NCBI GenBank assembly: GCA_035221665.1
Contig: CM069147.1
Coordinates: 1,302,001-1,366,000 of the forward strand
Direction: 5' to 3'
Length of the DNA stretch: 64,000 nucleotides
DNA from: Okamejei kenojei
Lineage: Eukaryota
The position numbers were made by a program, and so were the translations under genes. This document shows, piece by piece, positions 24,721-37,272 of the stretch. The notes beneath the pieces are model-generated. The model was not told the origin of the DNA, did no database searches, and saw only the letters and a program-made list of their open reading frames with translations. The number at the start of each line of letters is the position of its first letter. Position 1 is the stretch's first letter.

Positions 24721-25795
24721 TACATCAGCAGCTGCAGTGAACAGAGGTTCTGGTAGCTTGTTTAGTGCAGTAGCCCACTAACTCTATAAACCCTTTGGGT
24801 TAATACCTGATGCATACCTGGCACTCAATGTCCAGGTGATGAGACACAAGAACTGGAGTTGGAAATCTCAACAATCAACACACTAAACATATCCACTTTG
24901 ATAAAAACACAGTAAATAATTCTATTGTATATTTTTAGCTTAAGCTGAGTTTGTCATAACATAATTAAATAAAGTTTTTGACATACTTTGATTTTAAAAT
25001 TATAATTCAGAAGAAAATAAAATATTTATCGTATAGTTTAATCATAGAAAATAAAAATGATGAATCTTTTTTAAACAGCAAGTAAATAATGATTTTTAAA
25101 AATTATGTTCATCAGTCTTTAAAATGTACATTAAAACATTTCCCTTATGCATTTGGGGCTGATAATTTATCTGATTTATGCAGGAATTGGGTTTTGTGCA
25201 TTTTCTTTCATTAAATCAGATTTAGAATTTGCTATCTTAGACTGCTTTATTATAATTGAAGCATCACTTTGAACATCTCAACAAATAGCTTTATAAGATC
25301 CAAAGTGCATTTTCAAAGTAATGAAAAAAGTAATAAAAATACGTATAAAGCAGTTACAGTTTCACTCTGTTGCTTCAGGTGCTGTCAGTAATTCCTAGAC
25401 CACATGATGGAAACTTTAGCATGATTTAGCTGCCTGCCCTTATTTCCTAAACACATAACCATTAATATTATTCATCTGAAAACATTTTTTAAAACCATCC
25501 TCATGCTGCAGCTTATTGTCAGAATTTTAAAACAATCCAAATATTAATTTTAATAATTTTGCCAGCATAACATACAATCTAAAAACAATCAGAATTCTAT
25601 TACCAAAATCTGTAGTAAGAAACTAAATATATTGGCAGGTGAACATTATTTAAATCAACTCTTGCATATATGTTACTCGTAAAGTTTAAATGGAAAAGTA
25701 AAATGTACAACAGTGGGTAAATAATGTTTCAGACACTATATTTAGTCATATCATTATTTATTATTTTATGTTGTTTCACTATATTCCTACTTATT

Positions 25796-25926
25796 CTGAA
25801 GAAGGGTCTTAACCCGAAACATCACCCATTCCTTCTCTCCAGAGATGCTGCCTGACCCACTGAGTTACTCCAGCATTTTGTGTCTATCTTCGGTTTAAAC
25901 CAGCATCTGCAGTTCCTTCCTTCACA
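25796..25926 (+). mobile_element. Complete ~130-bp Penelope-like hammerhead element, single copy
   Basis: ctgaagaagggtcttaacccgaaacatcacc...ccagcatctgcagttccttcc, with a nearby direct repeat atattcctac (25781-25790 and 25927-25936). Confidence 0.75.
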
Positions 25927-28454
25927 ATATTCCTACACATTGCTTTGCCTTTAAATTGGCTAATTAGTGTCTGTATTTTCTTAATCACCTTTGAAGTGTC
26001 CGTTTGGGTGCTTGATGACTTGCTGGTGATAAATGCAGAAACTCATTTATTTTGTGAATGATTGAGCACTATTGCTGTTTGGGTTTCTTCATATAGTTGT
26101 ATTACCATGAATAAATAATAAGTATCCCAGGCGTTGTGAATATTTGATTATTTGATGGAATTTCCCTCTTATTTCGCTGTAATGTCATTGTTGGTTGGTC
26201 GGTGGCACAACAGATGCTCTGGTGACGGACCTTTATCATCTCACCTGCAGCAAATAACATAGTGGTTAAACTTGCAAACCCTACACTCTGCCTTCAATCA
26301 AATATGTTCTGAATTTGGAGTTAAAATTAAAGGGGTCATTTCATGGAATCTAATTCAATCTGCACAAGAGATTGACAACAGCTTTTTAAAGGGGATATTA
26401 CAGTATTTGAACGTATATTGAGAGGGGGTCTTCACTTGTAACCACCCAGTCTGAGCAGCATCTGGGAAAGGGTTAAGAATGTAATGAAGTTTGATTGTTC
26501 AGCCAGGTTGCTGATAATGTCAGTTTTATATTATCAGTGATTACAACAAATATTTTCTATCCAAATGTAAAAGGAAAGAAATCATTTACAATCCCTGCTC
26601 TTTTTTTTACAATTGTCCTTCAAAACAACAAATCAGTTCTCGTATATTAAATAACCCAAATTGTCTAACTCCTACCATTTCACAAAGCACCTAATCAGTG
26701 CTGAGCTTGGTCTGATGCTGAAATTAAATGCTGATGACTATCCATGCTAATGCAGAGTTATTAAATGATGTTGCTTTGCAATCATTGTTTAGATTGCATG
26801 CAGAATAAACGCATTGTTCACATATGTTTCTGTGAGTTTGACCAGGATGGTTCTATGTCTGATTTGAACTGAACAAGAATAACATGTCTAAACTTAAAAC
26901 AAAATGTTACAGAGAAGTGTTATAAACATCTGCATATTGTATTAAAGTTTGGAATCTATTTTCTGTAAGAGAAATATGTTTAGTGGAGTACAGAAATGTG
27001 TTGCATTAACTTGCAACTAATGCATTAACACTGAGATGTATATTGCATTAATGTTGCAACCCAGTGTGAATAGCATGAAGAGGGATGCTGTGCTCCGGTT
27101 GGAGATGTGTGGATGATGCCTCTCCATATCACCCATTGAATGGGCAAGTGGAACTCTCTAATCATTTACAATGATGAGCATTAAACTCTTTATATTCGTG
27201 CTGCATGAAGCTATCAAATAGAACCTGGACTGAATCCATCAAATCCTGTCTGTAGGTTCATGGAGGTTCATCATAATTATCATTTTAATTCAACAAAAAA
27301 ATCACCAACGGGTCAAGGTTAGCCAAATGCAGGAATTTTCAAATGTTCAACCAATGCACCACGGCACACAGGAAGCACGAGAGACAATTAACCAAGTGTT
27401 ACAGTACCACCTGCCCATTTCATCATAGTGCCTGATGCAGGGGAAATCAAAGCAATAAGCAATCGAGATGTGTAAGAAAGTTTGTTGAACCGGTTTCTGC
27501 AGTGATAGCTGATAGTTGTTGATTAGTCCAAGTATCAGGGGTTACGGGGAGAAGGCAGGAGAATGGGGTTAGGATGGAGAGATAGATCAGCCATGATAGG
27601 CTGAATGGCCTAATTCTGCTCCTAGCACTTATGAACATATGAATGTATAGCTATTGCCATAGAATTGGCAGTAATACATTTTCTACATTTAATACATTTT
27701 CATGAAGTTCCTTTATACTTTAAAGGTGAAATAAAAGGATATGCATTTGTTAATGTTATTGGCATTGGTAGAAAATGTACACAGAAGTAATAAGACTCCC
27801 ATGATTTGAGGAGCTACACAAGGTGCTGCAAGATTGATGTCTTTGGCTGTATTTCTGCACAGAAATTGTTCTGCTTGTTGAATCAGATTTAGAGAAGAAG
27901 TGCAATGTATAGATCACATTGTTGCTGTCTTAATGGCTTCCTTGCAAATCATCTTCATATCAGTGGGCTAGCCTATCCCCAATGGCTACTTACTAATGCA
28001 TACAGAATAAATGAACAGGTCCTGGAATATTTATGAGTAAGTATGTTGTTTAAAGGGACAGATGGTTCTAAATCATACAGATTATGTCAATATTAGTCTC
28101 TTTGCAAATAAATCCAAATTATCCAGATGTGGGGTAAGTTTTATACAATTAACATTGGTTATTCCCTTTCTAAATTAATTTGACAATTAATTAGAATTCC
28201 TAATTTCAAAAATTTGTTGTTAAGATATAATTAAGATGTCAAGTAGTAATATACATTTTCATCAAAATCATTAAATGCATTAATTGGCAACTTTGGTACA
28301 GTTTGAACTATTAAAGTTCACAATGAAAGATTTTGACAAAACAAGTCCACTTTTGTACCGTCTAAACATGATCTATGTATTTCTCCAGTGGTAGTGTACG
28401 TTAATCACCTAGTTGTAATGTTCCCCTGGCCAGTGGGTGTGGTCACTGTGAAGC

Positions 28455-28542
28455 CTAAAGAATGGTCTCGACCTGAAACGTCACCCGTTCCTTCTCACCA
28501 GAGATGCTGCCCGAGCCGCTGAGTTACTCCAGCATTTTGTGC
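28455..28542 (+). mobile_element. Penelope-like hammerhead element, decayed copy
   Basis: ctaaagaatggtctcgacctgaaacgtcacc..gctgagttactccagcattttgtg. Confidence 0.7.
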
Positions 28543-28770
28543 CTCTCTGTGAACTCTAATATTGACCCGCTGTCTACCGATGGGAAGTGCTTGCCACCAG
28601 GTTGAATTGGCCTCTCCCAGTTATTCCCCACACTAAACACAGAAGAGGTTGTTATTGCACAGTGTACTAGATTACTGCTGTTGATGCTTGGAGGCTGGCC
28701 ATAGGGTACTGCCCGATATTGTTTCCATTGACATTTTCTATCCAAGCAAGTTCCGGTGAGTTCTATCGTC

Positions 28771-28933
28771 ATACGATGCGATACGATATGATAGAACTTT
28801 ATTTATCCCAGGAGGAAAATTGATCTGCCAACAGTCATAAAACACAAGATACATGAAACATGAAAGTGACGAGCGGGAAGTCCAGAGGGGGAGTCAGTCT
28901 ACCCCACGACAGAATGGGAAGGAGTTGTACAGC
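28771..28933 (-). mobile_element. Probable Rex1-like 3' end with a (TATCG)n tail
   Basis: atacgatgcgatacgatatgatagaactttatttatccc, a pentamer tail next to AATAAA on the minus strand. Confidence 0.5.
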
Positions 28934-29167
28934 ACCACTAACATATCTATGCAACATATCTGTCAGATTGGTTTCTCAGCATTTATTCAGATATGATAAA
29001 ATTAAACACATCCAACTGGTTAGTAATGGCTAATAACCTCTGGAAATAACTCATTTGGACAAAATAAGTTGGCTCAGGCACAGACAACCAAATAATTATA
29101 AATGTTAAAATGGTTAAGAATGTAATTAATATATAGCGTCTGGAGTAGGTGATTGGGGGCAGTCCAT

Positions 29168-29443
29168 CTTTAGACTTTAGAGATACAGCACAGAAACAGG
29201 CCCTTCGGCCCACCAAGTCCGCACTGACCAGCGATCGCCCTGTTCACACTAGTTTAGTTTAGAGATACAGCGTAGAAACAGGCCCTCTGAGTCCAGCGAT
29301 CACCCCGTACACTAGCAATATCCTACACACTCGGGACAATTGGCAATTTTACCAAAATCAATTAACCTATAACCCGGTTAATCTTTGGAATGTGGGAGGA
29401 AACCGGAGCACCCAGAGAAATCCCACACAGTCACAGGGAGAAT
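29168..29443 (-). mobile_element. V-SINE, 5'-truncated, with a duplicated tail
   Basis: Two copies of tttagagatacagc..gaaacaggccc followed by the V domain. Confidence 0.8.
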
Positions 29444-29659
29444 GGACTGACATTGACAGGAAGATGTGTACACAGTGGTGGTCGGGTTGGGAGGAAGCAC
29501 ATCTCTTGGTAATAAGTGGGGAAGATGTTCGCAAGGCCATCATCAGTTAGGAAACAGGATGGAATAAGGTACAGCAAAAGAGGTGGTGTGTACGTGCTGT
29601 GTAGTTTTAAATATTGCCTTTGGAACAAATCTGAGAAGTGAACTCATTTAAGTCAATGT

Positions 29660-29752
29660 AAGGTAGACAAAAATGCTGGAGAAACTCAGTGGTTGAGGCA
29701 GCATCTATGGAGTGAAGGAATAGGTGACGTTTTGGGGCAAGACCTTTCTTCT
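29660..29752 (-). mobile_element. Penelope-like hammerhead element copy
   Basis: gtagacaaaaatgctggagaaactcag..ggaataggtgacgttttggggcaagacctttcttc. Confidence 0.7.
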
Positions 29753-31487
29753 GTAAGACTGTTTGGTTGTGAAGATGTGGGTCTTGAGATACAGTTATCG
29801 GTGATTTGATGTAAGTCATGAGATGACCACATCTGGTTGGCTTGTGAAGAAAAGTCTTGTTCCTCCGCAATGTCACAGTAGTAGAACCATAACTTTGAAA
29901 CAAAGCAATTACAATAGATATGCTTTTCCCAGCACCTGCCAAGGGTCCTGGAAGATCTTTCATTGGAACATGTTAACCATTTAAAGGGGAGAAGATGTCA
30001 CTGAGCTCCCAAACATGATGTATTAACATATCCATCGTTTTGTACAGAGATGCTGGCTTGGTGTCAGTACCTGCATTGTTTACTGATTCGGCTGGGCTTT
30101 CACTCTTAGCTTATGTTTCCATTTACTGATGAAAGGGCTAATGTAACGTTAAGCTTATGTGGGTCTATATTAACCACAATGACAGACAATCTCCCATTGC
30201 CTAATGGACTCACCGCCACTGTGGCCTGAGTCTGCACATCAGCCACAACATCTCAATTAGGTTGACTCCAGGAAGGCAGCAATGTTCAGCAACAGTGCAC
30301 TTAAGGTGACCCTACACCACTAAACACTACGGTATGTAGGGAAATGAAACATGATCATCATTTTAGCAGAAGATTGTCTGCTAAATGACTTGTTATACAG
30401 CCGAACTTTGATGATGCACATACCATCAGCCCAATTGGCCAGATTCTGATTGGAGTATTTGATCAAAAACAAGGTGTTTGTTTCATGAACGATTTTCATT
30501 GCAATGTGCGTGAACGGTGGATTTTCAGCGTCGTTTTTTACCCTAACGTTGCTTTTCCCAACAGATGGTTTAAAAAAAAAATATCAGTCTGTAGGTGGAT
30601 AACTTTGCAAATAGTCAATTCAATATTCAGAAGGGAAAAAAATATCGGAAATAAAATCAGTAAGCATTGGCAATCAATATTTATGGCCAGAAACACCTGT
30701 TTATTAGCAAGCCTAAACCTATTGCTAACAGGTTATTGAATGAAAAGCATATTGAAAATCATTTGATGAAAGGAAGCCTTGGTTCTAGTTCTGATGGTGC
30801 CAGGCTACTGATGCTGATGATGATGCAAGGCTATTACTTCTAATGGTGCCATATTACTGATGAAGATGGTGGTGATGACAGTGCCAGGCCAGGCCAGATT
30901 GCTACAACTTCAGTGCATCCTAATGAGGCCTCCACCCTGGCCCTGACATGTCTTGTCTTTCCGCTGACAGGAGAGCACGCAACAAAAGCTTTTCACTGTG
31001 ACTCGGTACACGTGACAATAAACTAAACTCAACTAAACTCGGCTGTCCATGGCACTATTGAATTAGGAACCATTGAAATATTGTAGCCAAAGGCAGAGTA
31101 TTTATAAAGTTGAAATGTTGTCAGCAGGGCTGGAAGAGTTTCCGTTGGATAATGGTGTTGATATTCGTGCCTTAAAAGGTCAAGAGAAAAGTGGGAATAA
31201 AACAACCTATAAAAATGAGCCCCTGTGCTCTTGCTGGTATCTTCATCAAGGTAAGAACAGATAGTTGGTTAGGCATGAAGCTATCTCCATGATACATGCA
31301 AGTCCTCTGTCAGGAGGCTTCGTCTGGTAGAATCCCACTAGGTCTGCTCATCACTTTGCTATTGGGTCATTGAAAGAACTTCTTCAGAATTACAAGACTT
31401 GTAACAATGTACTGCAATCAGATGTCGAATGTAAGGTAGAATAGAAGCCTTTTATGTTTTGAGATGTCATAGGAACAGAGTGGTAAC

Positions 31488-31642
31488 AAAACATAGAAAC
31501 GTAGAAACTAGCTAGCACTTCGAACCAGCACCACCATTCATCATGATCATGGCTGATATCCAAAATCAGTCCCCCGTTCCTGCTTTTCCCCTTAATTCCG
31601 TTAGCCCTAAGAGTTAAACCAAACTCTCTCTTGAATACATTG
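31488..31642 (-). mobile_element. CR1 3' UTR fragment
   Basis: Reverse complement matches 37090-37270, with tail aaacatagaaac. Confidence 0.75.
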
Positions 31643-33197
31643 AAGAACAGCATTCTTCTTCATCTCACAGCTCACTGAGAGAACGGTGTTCCTGCCCTAC
31701 CAACATTCACCCAATTACCAATCCTTCTGATGGGTGGAGATGATCAAAAACGCCATGGAACATGGTTGTCTCCAGGTTATGAAGACAATGGAAATGTCAT
31801 CAGTTGCAACTATGGGCATCTCTGAATGAGCGAGCTGGAAGGTGGAGCTGGATCCTGCAGGCTTTTGTTTGTCTGTCTGTCTGTCAAGGCACGAATATCA
31901 ACACCATTATCTGGAGATTAAATAGCATGTACAGTTTGTGATAAGATCAGTGGTCTTTTTGTAATCCATGTTTTCCCCTTATTCTTTAACAATTAAAATA
32001 TAAAACAATTCAAGATAACGAGCAAATAGACTGCACTCAGTTCACACATTTTAAAGTAAATCTAATTATGAAAGTGCTTCATTTTTTTTGAACCAATTAA
32101 TCAGATATTATCTAACATGTCATCAATTGAAATGCTTTTGGAGATTGTGGCCCATTTAGATTTTTCTTAAAGATGTTATTTTGAGTCATGCACACTGATT
32201 GTGGATGGATCTGCAGTGTATTTACTGATTCATGTCTGAAAGACTATTTATTTTCATTTGTTCGTCAATTGGTATTTTATGATTAATTTACATAAAGCCT
32301 GGATGCTGAATATACCAGTGCTCACAAACTATGGATGTTCCCTGTCCGTCAGGCGCACATCCCGCCTGGTTTCTCAGTTTTATTTTCCCTAGTTGAAAGA
32401 AATATTTACTGCTACAAATTATATTTCATTTTGTCCCATCTTTTGTTTGTTTTTAGGAGTACAAATAAGTTCACCAAAATCTTGCCTCCTCAGCTGGGCA
32501 TCTGGATAGCTTTGTAGTGGGAATGAATGGTGAAGGTCGGAGAATGAGAAACCAAGTGTGGCTGGGATCTGAGCGGCAGCTGAATACGGAGATGGTTAAA
32601 GGGGTTTCGCAGGAGGCTTGGGTAAAGGGAAAGCTATAAACTGTAGCTCAGGTGTCACGTGTTGACAACAGTGGAACGGAGGAAGCAAAGAGCAAGACAC
32701 AGTGTGGGGACAGAGACTGTAAATGCTGGGATCTGGAGACAAGACCAAATTGCTGGAGGAACTTGAATACAACAGTATCTGTGAAAGTACAGGGATGGTC
32801 GGCATCCCCACGGCAAGGACAATGGGGTTGAGAGGAGAAAAATAGATCCGCCATGATCGAATGTCAGAGCAGACTCGACGGGCCGAATGGCTTAATTCTG
32901 CTCCTATGTCTTATGGTTTTATGAGTCGAGAGCGAGTGTGTAGGGAAGATAACCAGTATAAGTGCCCCCTCCTACCCCTTGCTCCCTCACCTAGACAAGG
33001 CAATCATCCTCCCCACATCTGTCGGAATTTAGGACAGAAACATAAGGCAGCGAGAGAGGTGAAACCTGGAAAAACCATTGCGGTTTTGGGGAGTGGACAA
33101 AAGCGGGGAGGAGAACATGAAATAGTGAGGCACTGCAGACAACAGAACTTGAGGATGACAATATTAATTGAAACACTTCTCCATGACCTCTGCCCAT

Positions 33198-33231
33198 CTG
33201 AAGAAGGGTCCCACCCCGAAACGTCACCTAT
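33198..33231 (+). ncRNA. Minimal hammerhead ribozyme motif, Penelope-associated type; activity untested
   Basis: CUGAAGA-A-GGG(ucccac)CCC-GAAAC-GUC|ACC has the conserved core boxes, a short stem II and a palindromic ACGU mini stem III. Stem I is not evident in this copy. Confidence 0.6.
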
Positions 33232-34616
33232 CCATGTTCCCCACAGATGCTGCCTGACCCGCTGAGTTACTCCAGCACTCTGTGAAACGTCACCTATCCA
33301 TGTTCTCCACAGATGCTGCCTGACCCGCTGAGTTACTCCAGCACTCTGTGAAACGTCACCTATCCATGTTCTCCACAGATGCTGCCTGACCCGCTGAGTT
33401 ACTCCAGCACTCTGTGAAACGTCACCTATCCATGTTCTCCACAGATGCTGCCTGACCCGCTGAGTTACTCCAGCACTCTGTGAAACGTCACCTATCCATG
33501 TTCTCCACAGATGCTGCCTGACCCGCTGAGTTACTCCAGCACTCTGTGAAACGTCACCTATCCATGTTCTCCACAGATGCTGCCTGACCCGCTGAGTTAC
33601 TCCAGCACTCTGTGAAACGTCACCTATCCATGTTCTCCACAGATGCTGCCTGACCCGCTGAGTTACTCCAGCACTCTGTGAAACGTCACCTATCCATGTT
33701 CTCCACAGATGCTGCCTGACCCGCTGAGTTACTCCAGCACTCTGTGAAACGTCACCTATCCATGTTCCCCACAGATGCTGCCTGACCCGCTGAGTTACTC
33801 CAGCACTCTGTGAAACGTCACCTATCCATGTTCTCCACAGATGCTGCCTGACCCGCTGAGTTACTCCAGCACTCTGTGAAACGTCACCTATCCATGTTCT
33901 CCACAGATGCTGCCTGACCCGCTGAGTTACTCCAGCACTCTGTGAAACGTCACCTATCCATGTTCCCCACAGATGCTGCCTGACCCGCTGAGTTACTCCA
34001 GCACTCTGTGAAACGTCACCTATCCATGTTCTCCACAGATGCTGCCTGACCCGCTGAGTTACTCCAGCACTCTGTGAAACGTCACCTATCCATGTTCTCC
34101 ACAGATGCTGCCTGACCCGCTGAGTTACTCCAGCACTCTGTGAAACGTCACCTATCCATGTTCTCCACAGATGCTGCCTGACCCGCTGAGTTACTCCAGC
34201 ACTCTGTGAAACGTCACCTATCCATGTTCCCCACAGATGCTGCCTGACCCGCTGAGTTACTCCAGCACTCTGTGAATCGTCACTATCCATGTTCTCCACA
34301 GATGCTGCCTGACCCGCTGAGTTACTCCAGCACTCTGTGAAACCTCACCTATCCATGTTCTCCACAGATGCTGTCTGACCCGCTGAGTTACTCCAGCACT
34401 CTGTGAAACGTCACATATGTACGTTCTCCACAGATGCTGCCTGACCCGCTGAGTTACTCCAGCACTCTGTGAAACGTCACCTATCCATGTTCCCCACAGA
34501 TGCTGCCTGACCCGCTGAGTTACTCCAGTACTCTGTGAAACGTCACCTATCCATGTTCCCCACAGATGCTGCCTGACCCGCTGAGTTACTCCAGCACTCT
34601 GTGCATCTGCAGTTCC
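33218..34616 (+). repeat. About 21 x 66-bp tandem array downstream of a hammerhead core
   Basis: Unit gaaacgtcacctatccatgttctccacagatgctgcctgacccgctgagttactccagcactctgt, terminating in catctgcagttcc, the normal 3' end of the element. Confidence 0.95.
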
Positions 34617-35591
34617 ACCATGCTGGTGGAAGAATCCCAGGCAAGATGTGAAACCCAGCAATCAACATCACAGCAATATTGTAATAGACAGGCTCCGTTT
34701 GCCAGAACCATACCAGGGAAAGATGGGAGAATAATCACAGCGAGTTCCTGGGAGTTTTAAACATTGAAAGTATAACTGGTTTTGCATGCAAAGACGCACT
34801 TGGACAGGACTTTTGGCTTAAAGATGGGAGTTTGTGCGCCCACGTTGAACACTTCAATGCCGCAGGCTCCACTACAAGGCTCCTTGCTGAGAACACACAA
34901 AGTTTTATTCTACTTCAAAGTTTCTTCACACTCAGAGGCACAGATCAACTTCTATCAGAGTTGCAGCAGCATCGTCCCTGATCTGGGCTTTTTACTTTTG
35001 AGCTAAACGCCCGTGGAAAATCCAGCCCTTGTGGTGTATTTGTGAAATTGTGACATTTGGAGTAATTTTTAATTGTTAACAGAGATGACTATCTCCAAGC
35101 ATTCTGTTCATGCCGTTAAACTAATCACAGACAAAACCACATTATTATTTATAAAATATAGCCAGAGTAGTAGGTACTTTTCAACCAATTAAATTAAAAT
35201 TGTAGGAAAATCCAAACATTTTGTATTAATTAGTCAGATTAAACCAAATATAAAATGTGAAAACACATGTGGATTCCCCATGCCTGTTTAGAAATGTAGG
35301 GACGGAGGGAGTTAGTAGCTGAGGAAGCCATTCAGCCCTTCAAGCCTGCCTTGCCCTTCCTTACACTCATGGCCGACCACACAGATTCAGGATCTTGCTC
35401 CTGCCCTCTTCCCATCTGCCCGATCCCTCATGCCGGGAACCATAGCTGACTGCTTCTTCAGAAGACTTCATGATCTGGGTTCAGCTGGGTTCAGTGTTTG
35501 AGATTTCCACCGATTTACCACCTTGACGTGAAGCCATTTCTCCTCATCTCAGTTTTTGATGAATTTAGAAATTCCATGTCTCCTGATCTTA

Positions 35592-35682
35592 AATAGACAC
35601 AGAATGCTGGAGTAACTCAGCGGGACAGGCAGCATCTGTGGAGAGAAGGAAAGGGTGTGGTTTTGGGTGAGACCCTTCTTCG
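35592..35682 (-). mobile_element. Penelope-like hammerhead element copy
   Basis: atagacacagaatgctggagtaactcagcgggacaggcagcatc..gagacccttcttc. Confidence 0.7.
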
Positions 35683-36477
35683 CCCTGATCGGAATGTCGC
35701 CAAACACATCAGGCCACAGGTGAGGAGAGTGAATACAAAGACACCCACCAATATAGTACTAACCAGTGAGGTCAAGTGTGCAGATTCAAGGAACTGCTGA
35801 TGCTGATTTACAATCTGAAAGTGGTCGAGTAATCCAGCGAGTCAGGCAGCGTCGCTGGATAACTCAGCGGGTCTGACAGCATCTCAAGGTGCCTGGTCCC
35901 TACCTGCCTGTGATCTGAAAGCCCTTCCCACAGCATCTAAACACAAGGAATGGGTGACGATTTGGGTGGAGACTCTTCTTCCTCTCTCCTAATTCAGCAG
36001 ATCTATTTATATTCTTTAATTTGTTAAAATATTTGATTGTTGAAATGTAACTCTGTGCTTCTGGCAGGTGTTTAGATGCTGTGGGAAGGGCTTTCAGATC
36101 AGGCAGGTAGGGACTGGGCATCTTGAGTGCATGTCTGAAGGTCTTGGTGCTGCCCAAGGTGTAGTCTCGTGGTGATAGAGGTGGTGACCTCTGTCGATGG
36201 ATCTGCAGGCTCATGAAGTGTCCGTGAGGTCCTGGGGTTTGTACGGAGGGTAAACGTCAGGTCAGGCATGACCTTACCCAATGGTTGCACAGGGTCTGTT
36301 TGCAGATCAGAGAGAAGTGAGAATCACGAGTGTTTCATTGTCATATGTCCCGAAATGGAACAGTGAAATTCTTACAGCAGCACAGTTTACGGAGAGACCT
36401 GTGGCACTGAGCAATGTGATGGTCGGGTCCATACTCTTACCATCCCAATGGCAGGACCAATCAGAGTACCATGTTTA

Positions 36478-37272
36478 CATTAACATTCTTAAAGGATTGT
36501 ACAGGCTAGAAGCAGGCAAAATCTTGGGGGAGTCCAGAACCAGGGGCCTTAGTCTTAGGCCCCCTTCTGTCGTGGCTGACCATGGGTGTCTCCAGGGTGC
36601 TGTTCCCTCTATGGAGGACGCCTGTGCGTGACTTTGTTTAACGTGGGGAGACTGGTGCACAGACAGCCACCCCACGGTCCTTGCCAGATCTGGGTCAGGA
36701 TCCAGTGGCATGGAGTCCAAGACGACCGGAGACCCTTTTCTGCCGCAGCCTTCATCCGCCTTCCCAGCCGTTGTGACGCTCCACTAAGGTCAGCCATCGT
36801 CCTCCGCCTGTTCCACTGTTGAGGTCTTGGTTGGATTGGCTCTTTGTCAGAGACCTCCCCCTAGACCTTACCGCCATGGGTGGCCCTACCAGGAGCGTAG
36901 CTCCAGACGGCATCGCTCTCAGGATCTCAGGACCACACAAGCTTCTCCACCACGACAAGGTGACAATCCACGGAGAATAGTTTAAGAATAAGGCGTAGGC
37001 CATTTAGGACTGAGATGAGGAGAAACGTTTTCACCCAGAGAGTTGTGAATCTGCGGAATATCTGCCACAGAAGGCAGCGGAGGCCAATTCACTGGATGTT
37101 TTCAAAAGAGAATTAGATTTAGCTCTTAGGGCTAATGGAATCAAAGGATATGGGGAGAAAGCAGGAACGGGGTACTGACTGGGGATGATCAGCCATGATC
37201 ATATTGAATGGCGGTGCTGGCTCGAAGGACTGAATGGCCCACTCCTGCACCTATTTTCTATGTTTCTATATT
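36478..37272 (+). mobile_element. CR1 3' fragment interrupted by an RTE-derived insert
   Basis: ILKGLYRLEAGKILGESRTRG stops at 36548 and resumes near 36977 with tagtttaagaataagg, running to the tail ttttctatgtttctat. Confidence 0.85.
36549..36976 (-). mobile_element. Short non-autonomous RTE-derived element (RTE-type 5' UTR plus a (CTAAGA)-like tail)
   Basis: Minus strand begins CACCTTGTCGTGGTGGAGAAGCTTGTGTG..ATGCCGTC..GGTAGGGCCACCCATGGCGG..GACAAAG, resembling RTE/BovB-type 5' UTRs as recalled, and ends GGCCTAAGACTAA. Confidence 0.65.

Noticed and set aside
24179-24740. Cys-rich or periodic ORFs (CGTCTPV, VQVPHTG) resembling keratin-associated proteins or metallothionein
   Set aside because: Several frames on both strands are open because of a 21-bp minisatellite, and no gene structure is evident.
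30785-30900. Degenerate duplication with (GAT)n, possibly an acidic coding exon
   Set aside because: Short and low-complexity, with no splice or ORF support.
33004-34299. 431-aa ORF of (QSAGVTQRVRQHLWRTWIGDVS)n, and similar ORFs at 34257, 37989 and 45297
   Set aside because: A by-product of a 66-bp (3n) unit with no stop in one frame. The same DNA occurs at many loci on both strands with no synonymous variation pattern.
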